From contig MFJU01000042.1 in the NCBI GenBank assembly GCA_001779315.1, positions 747 to 64,746 on the forward strand: a stretch of 64,000 nt of DNA, written 5' to 3'. The stretch is from Candidatus Gottesmanbacteria bacterium RIFCSPLOWO2_01_FULL_42_22. Its GTDB lineage: Bacteria > Patescibacteriota > Microgenomatia > 2-02-FULL-39-11. The translations under genes and the position numbers were made by a program. Position 1 is the stretch's first letter. Each line of letters opens with the position of its first letter. Positions 27,580 to 38,000 of this stretch are shown here, piece by piece. The notes under the pieces were generated by a model. That model made no database searches and was not told where the DNA came from. It saw only the letters and a program-made list of their open reading frames with translations.

Positions 27580-27894
27580 ATGAATGATCTTATCACTCCT
27601 TCGCTAATCTCGGATTTGGTGAAATACCAGGAAGGTTCTGTGGTCAGCCGGGAAGTAATCAAAAAACCGGGAGGGACATTCACTCTTTTCGCTTTTGACC
27701 AGGGACAGGGTTTAAGCGAGCACAGGACTCCATATGACGCCCTTGTCATTCTTTTGGCTGGGGAAGCAGAGATTACTGTTTCAGGTAAAGCCAATTTGGT
27801 TAAAGAAGGCCAAATTCTGATGATGCCTGCTAATCATCCCCACAGCCTGAAAGCAGTAAAAAAATTTAAAATGGGTTTGATGATGATAAAGTAG
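27580..27894 (+). CDS. Cupin domain protein
   Basis: TLFAFD.GQGLSEH.TP, MPAN.PH. Confidence 0.9.
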   Translation: MNDLITPSLISDLVKYQEGSVVSREVIKKPGGTFTLFAFDQGQGLSEHRTPYDALVILLAGEAEITVSGKANLVKEGQILMMPANHPHSLKAVKKFKMGLMMIK

Positions 27895-27910
27895 GAGGAG
27901 GTGAGAGTAA

Positions 27911-28336
27911 ATGAATTTAATGATTAAAAGGGCATTATTGGCAGGCACTGCTAATTTAATCCTGGGTTTTGTCCTCAATTGGATTTTCGCTATAATTTTT
28001 CCTTCAATCACCCGGGAATATATGACCGGCAGTTTATTCCGTCCATGGACAGACCCGTTAATGACTGTTTATTTTTTATATCCGTATATTTTGGGTTTCT
28101 CAATGGCATATTTTTGGCCGATAATCGAGAAAAATTTAAAAGGCAAAGACGTACTTTCCAAAGCAGGAGAGTTTGCCAAACTGTATTTTATCATAGCTAC
28201 AGTTCCGGGCATGTTCATTACTTATACCAGCTTTAACATTTCTCTTTTGATGGTTTGCGTATGGGCATTAACCGGTTTTCTGCAGGCATTTCTGTACGGT
28301 CTCGTTTTTTTCAAAGTGAATAAAAAAATCCGATAA
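27911..28336 (+). CDS. Membrane protein
   Basis: Four TM segments, AGGAGG RBS. Confidence 0.75.
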   Translation: MNLMIKRALLAGTANLILGFVLNWIFAIIFPSITREYMTGSLFRPWTDPLMTVYFLYPYILGFSMAYFWPIIEKNLKGKDVLSKAGEFAKLYFIIATVPGMFITYTSFNISLLMVCVWALTGFLQAFLYGLVFFKVNKKIR

Positions 28337-29197
28337 ATGCGGCAGAATAAAAAATTATTTTTCATCATATCAGTACTTTTACTGCTGATTGCAGCGGTCG
28401 TTCTTGTTAAAGCAGAAGTGTTTTTCAAGAGGAACCTGTCAGAAAAACCGCATGTTTTAGGATTTTTGAATCAATATCTTTCTCCGACTCCAGAACCGAC
28501 CTCTACTCCGGTTCCTTTTTCAATAAGTTTGATAAACGGGCCGAAAGAAATTTTTGAAGACGAAACAGCCACCTTCACCTGGGCTGTAAACGGGTTGCCG
28601 GCAACCATAAAGACGACATCAGTTTATTTCGGTCCCAAGAGCATCCCCGATTTATTAGTCACAGGTATATCACCTGATAATACTGAATACAGCGATTATG
28701 TAAAAGAATTTATTGACGGGCAATATAAAATACCCTTAACTTTTGTCGGTAATGCCGCCAATTTCCTGCCCGGTTTCTATTTTTACCGTTCATATGCTAA
28801 TATCAACGGCAGGCATTTTTGGAGTGAAGAAAAAACTTTTACGGTTAAAAGGGTATTGGAGAATGAAATTAAGGTGGTTGATTTTCCCGAAAAAGTCCGC
28901 CTTCATGAAAACGCCGCTTTTACCTGGGAGATAAGCGGACCCAAAAACAAGACTTCGTACACTGTTATAGCAGGAGGCAAGGAATCAAAGGGAGGCAGGT
29001 TGGCATCAGCCATTGATATACAGGCCACTCCTTATAAGGTTTTGGTATCGGAATTTATCCATATTGAAAATGACGTTCCTTTAAGGTTTATCGGCAATAC
29101 CGCTTTTTCCCAGGCAGGCATCTTTTATTTCCGGGCGCTGGCTGTTATCAATAACAAAAATATCTGGTCGGATGAATATTCCCTGACTGTCGAATAA
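28337..29197 (+). CDS. Membrane-anchored protein with two internal repeats
   Basis: Duplicated A.FTW...P..F.GN......G.FY.R...IN....WS.E..TV units. Confidence 0.75.
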   Translation: MRQNKKLFFIISVLLLLIAAVVLVKAEVFFKRNLSEKPHVLGFLNQYLSPTPEPTSTPVPFSISLINGPKEIFEDETATFTWAVNGLPATIKTTSVYFGPKSIPDLLVTGISPDNTEYSDYVKEFIDGQYKIPLTFVGNAANFLPGFYFYRSYANINGRHFWSEEKTFTVKRVLENEIKVVDFPEKVRLHENAAFTWEISGPKNKTSYTVIAGGKESKGGRLASAIDIQATPYKVLVSEFIHIENDVPLRFIGNTAFSQAGIFYFRALAVINNKNIWSDEYSLTVE

Positions 29198-29202
29198 TTT
29201 AG

Positions 29203-29607
29203 ATGGAAAAAATAAATATTATTATTCTTTCAATTACCTGTTTTTTCTTCAGCCTGTTAGTCATCAGCGCTTTAATAATCGGCCGGGCGGTGAAGAATCA
29301 ATGTCATGAGGCAATAAAGTTAAACAGCGGCGATTGCGTCAGCGCTTTAATAAAGGTTTTAAATGATGACAGCAACAGCTTCAGGGAAAGAAATTCAGCT
29401 GTCTGGGCTATGGGTCAGTTGGGAGACAGGAAAGCTCTGTCTTATTTACGGCAATATTACAGCGGAAATATTCCCAAGAGGGAATCTTTGGATAAAGGAT
29501 TAAGCCAATATGAGTTGAAAAAAGCCATCAATCTTGCCTCAGGGGGCATCAATATCACCTCCATATTCTGGAGAAACTCATTTTTTCTTAAAACCACTGA
29601 AAGATGA
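29203..29607 (+). CDS. HEAT-repeat membrane-anchored protein
   Basis: RNSAVWAMGQLGD.KAL. Confidence 0.7.
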   Translation: MEKINIIILSITCFFFSLLVISALIIGRAVKNQCHEAIKLNSGDCVSALIKVLNDDSNSFRERNSAVWAMGQLGDRKALSYLRQYYSGNIPKRESLDKGLSQYELKKAINLASGGINITSIFWRNSFFLKTTER

Positions 29608-30284
29608 AAAAAATCAGTTGTATCATCCCTTTTTATAACGAATCATACAAACCTATTCATGTGGTGGAATCGGTGATGAAACTTAAACCCATGCCTCAAA
29701 TCATTGCCGTGGATGACGGCTCTGAGAATCAGTTTACTTACAAAAAACTTCTGCAGAAATTTCCGGATATTATTATCAGGAGAATTTCCGAAAATAAAGG
29801 AAAAGCTTATGCTGTAAGGTTTGGTTCGACTTTCGCAAAACGTGACTATGTTCTTTTACTCGACGGGGATTTAATCGATATTAAAGTTCGGGATCTGACT
29901 AAAGCTATAAGAAAGATCATGAAAAATCCGGATATCGACATGATTATTCTGCGCAGGGTAGCGGATAAAACAGCTGCTATTATTCCATGGCTGAGGGACG
30001 ATATTGTTCTTTCCGGCCAAAGAATATTAAAAACCGAAGATTTAAGAGAAGTTTTTGACAGGAAAATCGACGGCTATAAACTGGAATCTTATATTAACAG
30101 ATATATGATGGAAAAAAAGAAAAAAGTCTTCTGGATGCCCTTTTCCGTGCAAAATATCCATAAACAGCATAAATGGGGTTATTGGGAAGGAATGAAAATC
30201 GGCATTCCCGGATTTATCCAATATATGTTTTCTTTCACTATGGTCCGGCAGATTTTGTATTTCTGCAAGGAGGAAGCCGTTTAA
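29604..30284 (+). CDS. Glycosyltransferase family 2 (paralog of 4001..4699)
   Basis: SCIIPFYNE, VDDGS, LLDGD, DMIILRR. Confidence 0.9.
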   Translation: MKKISCIIPFYNESYKPIHVVESVMKLKPMPQIIAVDDGSENQFTYKKLLQKFPDIIIRRISENKGKAYAVRFGSTFAKRDYVLLLDGDLIDIKVRDLTKAIRKIMKNPDIDMIILRRVADKTAAIIPWLRDDIVLSGQRILKTEDLREVFDRKIDGYKLESYINRYMMEKKKKVFWMPFSVQNIHKQHKWGYWEGMKIGIPGFIQYMFSFTMVRQILYFCKEEAV

Positions 30285-30448
30285 TTAGCAACCATGATTG
30301 ATGAAAGATTTATTATTGTCGGAGTTTTTTTAAGCCTGGTCGGGGGCTTGAATTTCCAGCATTATGCTTTTCCTGTTTATATACTGCTGCTTTGCCTTGT
30401 ATTGTATATTCTGGTCAGATTCAAAATCGGCAAAAGAAATCAGCGCTA

Positions 30449-32413
30449 ATGAATAGGCTTCATCCCCCGCCACGATTAAGTGTTTTGGATGGTTTGAAAG
30501 GCATTGCCATTTTGGCTGTGATGTTGACCCACATGCCTTTGGCTGTTTGGTATCAATCCACCCCTGATTTTTTTCACCGTTTTTTGAGGGTGGCAATCGG
30601 CGGAGGCGGAGTCGGGGTGACGATTTTTTTTATCATCAGCGGCTTTCTGATGGGATTGAGATATCCCGGGCAAGTTTCTGTTTTTGGATTTATATCCCGC
30701 AGATACAACAGACTTTTTCCGCCGTTTTTAGTGATAGTTTTGAGTTTTACTTTACTTCGTTTCAGCGGTTATCGCTATCCGTATTTACCAATACTGACCG
30801 TCTTTTTTTCAGCCTTTATTGTAAACAGAATTTTGGCGGGAATTGATAGGAAGCGAAACGGGTGCCACCTGTTTACAAAAATAATATTAGTATTGCAGAC
30901 AGCTGCAGCTTTAAGTTATGTATTTTTTCTAACAAAAATTCCCTCCGCGGTTTATTATGAAATTTGGCCAAAATATCTTCAAACCCTGATCAGTTTTCTG
31001 GTGAATGCTACTCTGACATTGCCCTTCGGCCAATATATCGGACAGCTCGACGGGATATATTGGGCTTTAGCTTTGGAAGTTTTATTCTATCTGCTTTATC
31101 CGGTTTTAATAATCCCGTTATATCCATCGCTCGGAAAAGCCTCAAAAATCCTTAAAGTGGTTTTACTTTTGAGTTTATTCCCTTTTTTCATCGGCCTTAA
31201 TCTTGCTACTGAGAGGATTTTGGGATTCGGCATGCTCCGGCTGCATTTGTTTATTTATTTCATCGCAGGTTTGCTTATCAGCCGGAATTTCAACCAGATA
31301 AGGAAAAAAACCGCGGGAATCAGAAATTTATTGATCAATCCCGCGGTGTTCGGCATGGCTTTAATATTATTGTTCAGTCCCGTCATCTTCCAGGACTTTA
31401 TTCCGGAATCTGTCAGCGTACAGGTCCAAACAATGATGGTAATACCTGCTGCTTTAGTCTTGATCTTGGCCATAGAGGGGGGAAATAAGATATTGAAAGC
31501 TCCCGCCCTGACTTTTTTGGGAAAATACAGCTATGTCCTTTTTTTGGTCCACTCACTGGTTATTCAGACTGTCTTGCGTTTTATCACGCCGGATAATCCT
31601 GTATCGGCTGCCAAAATATTACTGTTATCCCTGGGAGGGTCCGTTTTGCTTGCCTATTGCCTGCATATACTGACCGAACGGAGGTATTTTATAGGAACTG
31701 CTGTTTCTGCTCCATTGACAGTCGGAGGAAAAAAGATCTATTCAGCTAAAGTTACCACCGCGATATTTTCGGTAAGCGTTTTGCTACTGTTATACCTTGC
31801 CTTCAAACCGCCGGTTTCTTTATTTACTTTTGTGATACGTCACTCACAACAATCTATTTTACCCGCCACAAGAGATATCTCCGTAATTCTGACAGACCGG
31901 CCGCTTGAAATGAATTTTCTTTCCGGAGAAAGTAATATGGGTATGATTCTGACCCATTTGAAAAATGAAAAAATTCCTGGAATAACCGGAGGATTCGTTC
32001 CCTTCAGATTGAAAATGAAGTTGTTAAATGAAGATCATCAGCTGATATCCGAGAGCATCTTTAATGCATATGAAATTATTGACAGCCGCTATCATCCTTT
32101 TGGATTTCCCATACAATTTGATTCCGAAGGCAAAACATATGCTGTTCAATTTCAATTGACTGAAAATAGTCCTTCTCAGCGTATCAGACTTATTTCCGAT
32201 GAAGCTGATTTGCTCTCCATATATTTTGCCGACCGGAAAATTCTTTTTCATTATCCTCTTCTTCTGGCGACTTGGTTTATGCATAAATTGAGAGAGCCGA
32301 TGACTAATATAAAATTCTGGTTTACCCTGATACATCTACTGCCTTTTTTAACTGTTTTAATTTACCGGAACTTATTATCCATTTCTTACAAAAGCCGGTT
32401 GAGAGGTTTTTGA
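30449..32413 (+). CDS. Acyltransferase family 3 (OafA-like) with C-terminal extension
   Basis: LDGLKGIA..V..H, FFIISGF, W.L.LE..FY, SY..FL.H. Confidence 0.85.
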   Translation: MNRLHPPPRLSVLDGLKGIAILAVMLTHMPLAVWYQSTPDFFHRFLRVAIGGGGVGVTIFFIISGFLMGLRYPGQVSVFGFISRRYNRLFPPFLVIVLSFTLLRFSGYRYPYLPILTVFFSAFIVNRILAGIDRKRNGCHLFTKIILVLQTAAALSYVFFLTKIPSAVYYEIWPKYLQTLISFLVNATLTLPFGQYIGQLDGIYWALALEVLFYLLYPVLIIPLYPSLGKASKILKVVLLLSLFPFFIGLNLATERILGFGMLRLHLFIYFIAGLLISRNFNQIRKKTAGIRNLLINPAVFGMALILLFSPVIFQDFIPESVSVQVQTMMVIPAALVLILAIEGGNKILKAPALTFLGKYSYVLFLVHSLVIQTVLRFITPDNPVSAAKILLLSLGGSVLLAYCLHILTERRYFIGTAVSAPLTVGGKKIYSAKVTTAIFSVSVLLLLYLAFKPPVSLFTFVIRHSQQSILPATRDISVILTDRPLEMNFLSGESNMGMILTHLKNEKIPGITGGFVPFRLKMKLLNEDHQLISESIFNAYEIIDSRYHPFGFPIQFDSEGKTYAVQFQLTENSPSQRIRLISDEADLLSIYFADRKILFHYPLLLATWFMHKLREPMTNIKFWFTLIHLLPFLTVLIYRNLLSISYKSRLRGF

Positions 32414-33600
32414 AACCGGAAATTACGGATAGCCCAATAGGCCATAAAGATCCACAATAAGACTGAACTTGTATCTTTCAGCCAAAGAGGCAGGGCCGGC
32501 GGCTGGTAGTGAAAATTAAAAATATAAGCGGAATTAAGGATAGTAAAAAGTCCTACGGCAAGGAAAAATTCCTTTTTAAGGACAGTTTTATTGATCAATA
32601 TTAACGGCAGTATCCAGACAAAATAATGGATGGAGAGCCCGAATGAAAAAAGATAAAGGGCCAAGATAAGCCATTGGGTAGTCAGGAAGATATTTTTATT
32701 TTTAAAGCGGCTGAAGATAAAAAAAAGAATTCCCAGGGTGAAAATTTTGGAAAAAAAAGCCGGTACAGTCAGTATTTTCCGATGATAAGTGATTTGAGCC
32801 AGATGAAAAAAAATAACCGAAGGCCCCCACCAGCCGATTGAACTTTCATAAAGTATAATCGCCAAAACCATCGTTGCGAGATTTGAAGCGGGAATCAGCA
32901 GTTTATAAAAAAGGGAAACAGCCAGCGGTACCGTCAATGCCAGTACCAATAATTTTTCACCTTCCCGCCGATTGGGGGCTTTAAAAAGAATTAATGGTGT
33001 GAAAATAAGCGGCCAGGGTTTAAATGCAACGCCGATGCCAAGCAGTAAAGCGCTGAATGGGAGTGAGTTTTGATTTGCCAGATATAAAGATGACATAGTA
33101 AAGAACAGGGGGATGGCATCAAATTGTCCGGATATTGAGGAGATTACGCTTATCGGGGAAAGGGCATAGAGGAGACCCCCCTTGAGATTGCGGCTGACTT
33201 TGGCGATGATAAGGGGAATAAGCGAATCAAAAACAGAAGCTGACAATTTGAAGAAAACGACAGGATCCAAGCGGCTTAATTTTAAAAAAAGGGCGGTTAT
33301 CATACCGAATGTCGGCAAGAAAGCATAATATTCCCTTACATTGAGACTCCAATAGATGTCCTGTCCGTTTTTAATTTTTTCTGCCGCCCATAGAAAAGCT
33401 TTCACATCATAGCCGACGGCAAACGGAAATACGGCTATTATCAGAAATCTTACGAATATACTTATAGTGGATAACAGAATCAGATTTCGTCCGGAAGTTT
33501 TGATATCGGGTAAAAAAATAAAACTCAGATAATTTACCAAAAGCAAAATCAAACACCAGCCTAAAAAAATATAGAAATTTGCATTGGTCGGATTCAGCAT
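32386..33600 (-). CDS. Polytopic membrane glycosyltransferase (GT-C/GT87-like)
   Basis: Many TMs; GQFD, K.WP, YFVW.LP motifs. Confidence 0.7.
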   Translation of the reverse strand: MLNPTNANFYIFLGWCLILLLVNYLSFIFLPDIKTSGRNLILLSTISIFVRFLIIAVFPFAVGYDVKAFLWAAEKIKNGQDIYWSLNVREYYAFLPTFGMITALFLKLSRLDPVVFFKLSASVFDSLIPLIIAKVSRNLKGGLLYALSPISVISSISGQFDAIPLFFTMSSLYLANQNSLPFSALLLGIGVAFKPWPLIFTPLILFKAPNRREGEKLLVLALTVPLAVSLFYKLLIPASNLATMVLAIILYESSIGWWGPSVIFFHLAQITYHRKILTVPAFFSKIFTLGILFFIFSRFKNKNIFLTTQWLILALYLFSFGLSIHYFVWILPLILINKTVLKKEFFLAVGLFTILNSAYIFNFHYQPPALPLWLKDTSSVLLWIFMAYWAIRNFRFQKPLNRLL

Positions 33601-33673
33601 CTATTTATATTATCCCGCCACGATTACCCCGAAAGCAACCTCATTTTGAAGATAGCTCTGAGGGGAATGCGAG

Positions 33674-33843
33674 TTAATAGACTGACGGACGGTGGGCAAC
33701 GGAAATAATAATAATTTTTTTGCCTTTGATCTCATAAACATTTCTGTAAGGCCATGAACGCAGAGATCTTAATCCTTCAAGTTCTCCTTTAAGCGGTTTT
33801 CCGATCATGGGATTCTCGGGGAGAAAGCGGTATAGGTTTTCAT
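33674..33843 (-). pseudogene. RelE/ParE toxin remnant (C-terminal half)
   Basis: NPMIGKPLKGELEGLRSLRSWPYRNVYEI...SVAHRPSVY*; upstream ATG out of frame. Confidence 0.65.
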
Positions 33844-33964
33844 GTTGAAAATTATACTCATCCTAAACTAGGCGTACGATAATACGTACGAGTTGTCAAT
33901 GGTCGGCATTACGAAAGATAAACACAGATGGAAAAGACGAGCTAAAAGGAGTAACACTTTACTG

Positions 33965-34471
33965 TTATTGGGAACAGTTTGGCCAGGCAGCACGGCCATT
34001 TAAAGCCAGTTTGTACGCCGCGGTCTTTATGGCTTCCTCGGCATTGAAACGCAATGCCGGATTCGTATCAAGGTTCATTATTCTTCTTAAAGATTGCCAG
34101 GAATTTTCCGAAAATTGGAACAAGCCGCCGTAAATTCCGTTTCTGGCTGCCGGGTTAAAGCCTGATTCGCAAACGGCAATTTTTTTCAATAAATCCCGGT
34201 CGACACTTTCCTTTTCGGCATATTTGCTGAAAAAGGCTTCCAAATCTCCGGCGGAAATTCTGTTAGGAGTCGGAGTCACGGTTGCGCTCGGGCGGGGAGT
34301 TGCCGAAGGAACAGGAGTTTCAGTTATAACCGTATATTCGATAACAGACGGAACAGTAGAAATCCGGGTGGGAATGGGAGGGAGAGTTTGACGTTTTAAA
34401 CTTTGTATATTAAGAATCAGTAAACCTAGAGTTAACAGACAAAGTAAAACAAAAATATAAAGTTTAGTCAT
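33965..34471 (-). CDS. Lytic transglycosylase (SLT/Rpf-like) domain protein
   Basis: IA.CESG.NP.A....GLFQF...W...WP.C; TM and Pro/Thr linker. Confidence 0.85.
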   Translation of the reverse strand: MTKLYIFVLLCLLTLGLLILNIQSLKRQTLPPIPTRISTVPSVIEYTVITETPVPSATPRPSATVTPTPNRISAGDLEAFFSKYAEKESVDRDLLKKIAVCESGFNPAARNGIYGGLFQFSENSWQSLRRIMNLDTNPALRFNAEEAIKTAAYKLALNGRAAWPNCSQ

Positions 34472-34586
34472 CTTATAATTTAGGAAATATTATACAGGAA
34501 GTCTAATTTCCGTTTTCTCTCTCCCCCAGATGGGTTGATTCCTGCCGGGATAGATTTTTCTGATAACAGACACTAAGATATGAGAT

Positions 34587-35234
34587 ATGGAAAAGAGGCA
34601 GCGGGTGGTAATTTTTGCTGCAGGGCAACTGTATGCGGAATACCTTAAGACCCTAAAAAAGAATGATATCGTTATTGGTGTTGACAGAGCTACACTTTGG
34701 TTAATAAAACACGGGCTGATGCCTAATTACGGTATAGGGGACTTTGATTCAGTAACCTCTACCGAATTAAAAGAAATAAAATTAAAAGTTAAAAATCTCC
34801 TGGAATATCCGCGGGAGAAAGATGCCACAGATTTGGAACTTGCCCTGGACTTTGTTCTAAAAATCAATCCCCAAGATGTTTTAATATACGGGGCAATCGG
34901 CGACCGCTTAGATCAATCGATCGGTTCTGTCTTTCTTCTGGAAAAATTGTTAAAGCATGGAATCAAGGCAGAGATTGCCGACAGAAACAACTCTCTTAGG
35001 CTGATTAAAGAAAGAACTTCTATTAAGCGAAAATATAAGTTTAAATATCTCTCCGTGCTTCCCTTTTCATCAACTGCAGTAGTGAGCGTTTCCGGCTGCC
35101 GCTATAATCTTTTGAGAAAAAAGCTAAATAGAAGAGCGTCTTTAGGGATAAGCAACGAAATAGTAGGAAAAACCGCGGAAGTTGCCGTCCATCAGGGTTT
35201 AGTCCTTCTGATACAAAGCCGGGATTTATCTTAA
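34587..35234 (+). CDS. thiN: Thiamine diphosphokinase
   Basis: IGDFDS, EKD.TD.ELAL, G.R.D, GISNE. Confidence 0.9.
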   Translation: MEKRQRVVIFAAGQLYAEYLKTLKKNDIVIGVDRATLWLIKHGLMPNYGIGDFDSVTSTELKEIKLKVKNLLEYPREKDATDLELALDFVLKINPQDVLIYGAIGDRLDQSIGSVFLLEKLLKHGIKAEIADRNNSLRLIKERTSIKRKYKFKYLSVLPFSSTAVVSVSGCRYNLLRKKLNRRASLGISNEIVGKTAEVAVHQGLVLLIQSRDLS

Positions 35235-35993
35235 AAACAGCAGAAAAAAGTAGGCGGCTAAAATTATCCTATAGAACCCGAAAACCATAAAAGAATGCCG
35301 GTGCAGAAAATAGAGGAAAAAACGGATGACTGCCAAAGCTACCAGGAAAGAAACTGAAAATCCGGTCAGCAATAATAAAAATTCATTTGCCGTAAAAGTC
35401 CGGCCGTTTTTCATAATATCCAGTCCTGAAGCTGCTGCCATCGTCGGCACTGCCAATATAAATGAAAATTCGGCTGCTGTTTTCCTGTCCAGTCCTAAAA
35501 ACCGTCCGCCGATTATGGTGGCTGCCGCCCGGGAAACTCCCGGCACCATAGAGATTGTTTGAAACAAACCGATAGCCGCCGCCTTTTTTAAGGTTATCGC
35601 CGATAAATTATTAAGAGGCTTTTTCAGATTTCTATCCATCATCTCAATCATTATCATCACCAGACCACCGGCAAACAGCATAACGATTAAAAGCGGTCGA
35701 TTGTCAAAGAAGCTTCTGATATAAGGATAAAGTAGCAGGCCGGTAACAGCGCTGGGTAAAAAACCGATGAGTGACAGCATAAGTATTTTCCTGTCCGTAA
35801 ATTTTCTGAGATATACCGCAACCACAGCTAAAATTGCTCCCAGCTGAATAATAATTTCAAAACTTTTGACAAAAAAGGATTGGCTGATACCCAGAATATA
35901 AGCAGTTAAAATCATATGGGCAGTTGAAGAAACCGGCAGAAATTCTGTTACACCTTCCACAACTGCCAAAACGACGGAATCAAGGAAAGTCAT
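35226..35993 (-). CDS. uppP: Undecaprenyl-diphosphatase
   Basis: EG.TEFLPVSSTAH, PGVSR, AAEFSF. Confidence 0.95.
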   Translation of the reverse strand: MTFLDSVVLAVVEGVTEFLPVSSTAHMILTAYILGISQSFFVKSFEIIIQLGAILAVVAVYLRKFTDRKILMLSLIGFLPSAVTGLLLYPYIRSFFDNRPLLIVMLFAGGLVMIMIEMMDRNLKKPLNNLSAITLKKAAAIGLFQTISMVPGVSRAAATIIGGRFLGLDRKTAAEFSFILAVPTMAAASGLDIMKNGRTFTANEFLLLLTGFSVSFLVALAVIRFFLYFLHRHSFMVFGFYRIILAAYFFLLFLR

Positions 35994-36047
35994 AGATTCA
36001 ATAATAACATCTGAAATTGGGAACAGAAAATAGTACAATAATTACCG

Positions 36048-36362
36048 ATGCTACTTATTCTGCTGACTGTTATTATTCTTCTTTGGCTGGTTGGTTTTAT
36101 TTCCATACCCACGACCTCATTCTTAACATCTCCTTTTTTTTATCTTAACGGACGCCCGATAGGTCTTTGGGATTTAATAGTTTTTTCCGTTTTAATCTGG
36201 GTGGTCAGTATTTTGCCCCAACCGGTTAAAGGCGGAGTGATACTCCTATTGTTGTTATGGATATTATCCCTGTTGGGAATTCTAGTTTTTAGCGGAATGG
36301 GGAGCGTTCTCCTTTTATTATTGATTGTTGCAGTAATCCTTCACATCTTAGGATTAGTTTGA
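36048..36362 (+). CDS. Small hydrophobic membrane protein
   Basis: 104 aa, mostly TM. Confidence 0.6.
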   Translation: MLLILLTVIILLWLVGFISIPTTSFLTSPFFYLNGRPIGLWDLIVFSVLIWVVSILPQPVKGGVILLLLLWILSLLGILVFSGMGSVLLLLLIVAVILHILGLV

Positions 36363-36749
36363 TCGTTTAACCAGATAGACTGCTGTGGTCAGAAAAATTC
36401 CCAAAATGACTGCTATCAAATAAGAAGATATGCCAAAACCCGTCATTGAAGAAAATCTGCCCGTCAGCCAGACACCCGCCGTGTTTACCCCCGCCATCAA
36501 TAATAAGTTAAGCGCTTCTGACTTGTACTTTCTGACTTGAGTTGTCTTTGTGATTAGCAGGCTAAGATATTGGAACATAAGGAATAAAGCTGCTGCTATT
36601 AAAAGTCCGAAATAAAACCTGGTACTATCGTTGCCGACTACAATTTGGTTCGGATAGAGAATTTGACCGAAAAAGATGATAAAAAGATCGGCAACGGCAA
36701 GTAGAAAATACTGCCGGGATGATAAAGAATATTTCTTCAGATTAATCAC
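36354..36749 (-). CDS. Membrane protein
   Basis: Four TM segments, AGGAGG upstream. Confidence 0.65.
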   Translation of the reverse strand: MINLKKYSLSSRQYFLLAVADLFIIFFGQILYPNQIVVGNDSTRFYFGLLIAAALFLMFQYLSLLITKTTQVRKYKSEALNLLLMAGVNTAGVWLTGRFSSMTGFGISSYLIAVILGIFLTTAVYLVKRSN

Positions 36750-36854
36750 CTCCTTTCTATTAATACTTTATCTTCAGTTTATTAAATTTATTTGTATTTT
36801 GGCAACCGGCACATGAAATTGCCTTCAAAAGTTTTTTTCTCTATACTATAGTCC

Positions 36855-37406
36855 ATGAACCCTGAGACAGTAACCGCTATTTTAGCAGTTCTGACTGTTA
36901 TGGGATTGGCAGCTGGGGTTTTTCTGGCTGCAATTTATCTGGCAATTAAACAGTCAAGGCACTGGCAAAAAGTCCTGAAAGGGGTAAATAAAATTTTATT
37001 GAAATATTCCTTCCATCTGGCTTTGATAGTGTCCCTGACGGCAACATTAGGCAGTTTGTATTATTCGGAAATTGCAGGATATGAACCCTGCAAATTGTGC
37101 TGGTATCAGAGAATATTAATGTACCCTCAAGTATTGCTGTTGTCAGTCTCTATTCTGAGACGGGAATTTTTCATCAAATGGCATCTGACGGGTTTGTCAA
37201 TCTTGGGAGCGGTAATTGCTGCATACCATTATTACCTTCAATGGGGCGGTAATCCGTTGGTACCCTGCTCGACTGTCGGTTATTCAGTTGACTGTGCCAA
37301 GACTTTTATTTTGGAATTCGGTTTTATCTCGATACCTTTTATGGCTTTGACAGCCTTTTTATTGATTACACTTTTAATGCTGTTTTCTCCTGATCAGTCC
37401 AGCTAA
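36855..37406 (+). CDS. dsbB: Disulfide bond formation protein B (DsbB/BdbC)
   Basis: PCKLCWYQRI.MYP plus second Cys pair. Confidence 0.92.
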   Translation: MNPETVTAILAVLTVMGLAAGVFLAAIYLAIKQSRHWQKVLKGVNKILLKYSFHLALIVSLTATLGSLYYSEIAGYEPCKLCWYQRILMYPQVLLLSVSILRREFFIKWHLTGLSILGAVIAAYHYYLQWGGNPLVPCSTVGYSVDCAKTFILEFGFISIPFMALTAFLLITLLMLFSPDQSS

Positions 37407-37435
37407 AATATTTCCTGCCAGTTGACAAAGTACGG

Positions 37436-37993
37436 TTATTGGGGATTTTCGGCCGCAGGTGTTGTTGCCGGTTGAGAAGAAGATGATTGAGAAACAGGCT
37501 GCTGATAGGGTGGTTGAACTACGGGAACTGAAGGTGTTGCTGCAGCAACCGGGATAGAGGCCGGGGCTGGAACTGCTGTTTCTGCCGACGGTACTGCAGG
37601 TTGGTTTTGCATTTCTTTCATTTGCTGAAAAAAAGCATCCACTTCCCTGACTATATCCAGAGGCGTGAATTGGGCTTTAATGAGATAGCCGTCCGCGCCT
37701 ATTTTAAAGGCTTCTTTGATAATATCTTCCTGGCCTAAATTGGTTATCAGAATAATCGGTGTATCTTTGGTAGGCGAAGTCGGAGCTCTCATCGCCCTTA
37801 AAACATCAATGCCGGTAACTTTGGGCAGCATAATATCCAGAAGAATAAGATCATAAATATGGCTGCCCAGTTTAACCAGGGCTTCCTGCCCGTCTGAAGC
37901 GGTTTCCACAGTATAATTGCCGGTTTTAATAAAAGTGGTGCGGTAGATTTCCTGGATATGGAAATCGTCTTCAACTAAAAGTATTGTTTTCAT
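37436..37993 (-). CDS. Single-domain response regulator with Pro/Ala-rich tail
   Basis: VEDD, LLDIMLP..TG, GADGYLIK. Confidence 0.92.
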   Translation of the reverse strand: MKTILLVEDDFHIQEIYRTTFIKTGNYTVETASDGQEALVKLGSHIYDLILLDIMLPKVTGIDVLRAMRAPTSPTKDTPIILITNLGQEDIIKEAFKIGADGYLIKAQFTPLDIVREVDAFFQQMKEMQNQPAVPSAETAVPAPASIPVAAATPSVPVVQPPYQQPVSQSSSSQPATTPAAENPQ

Positions 37994-38000
37994 ATTAATC

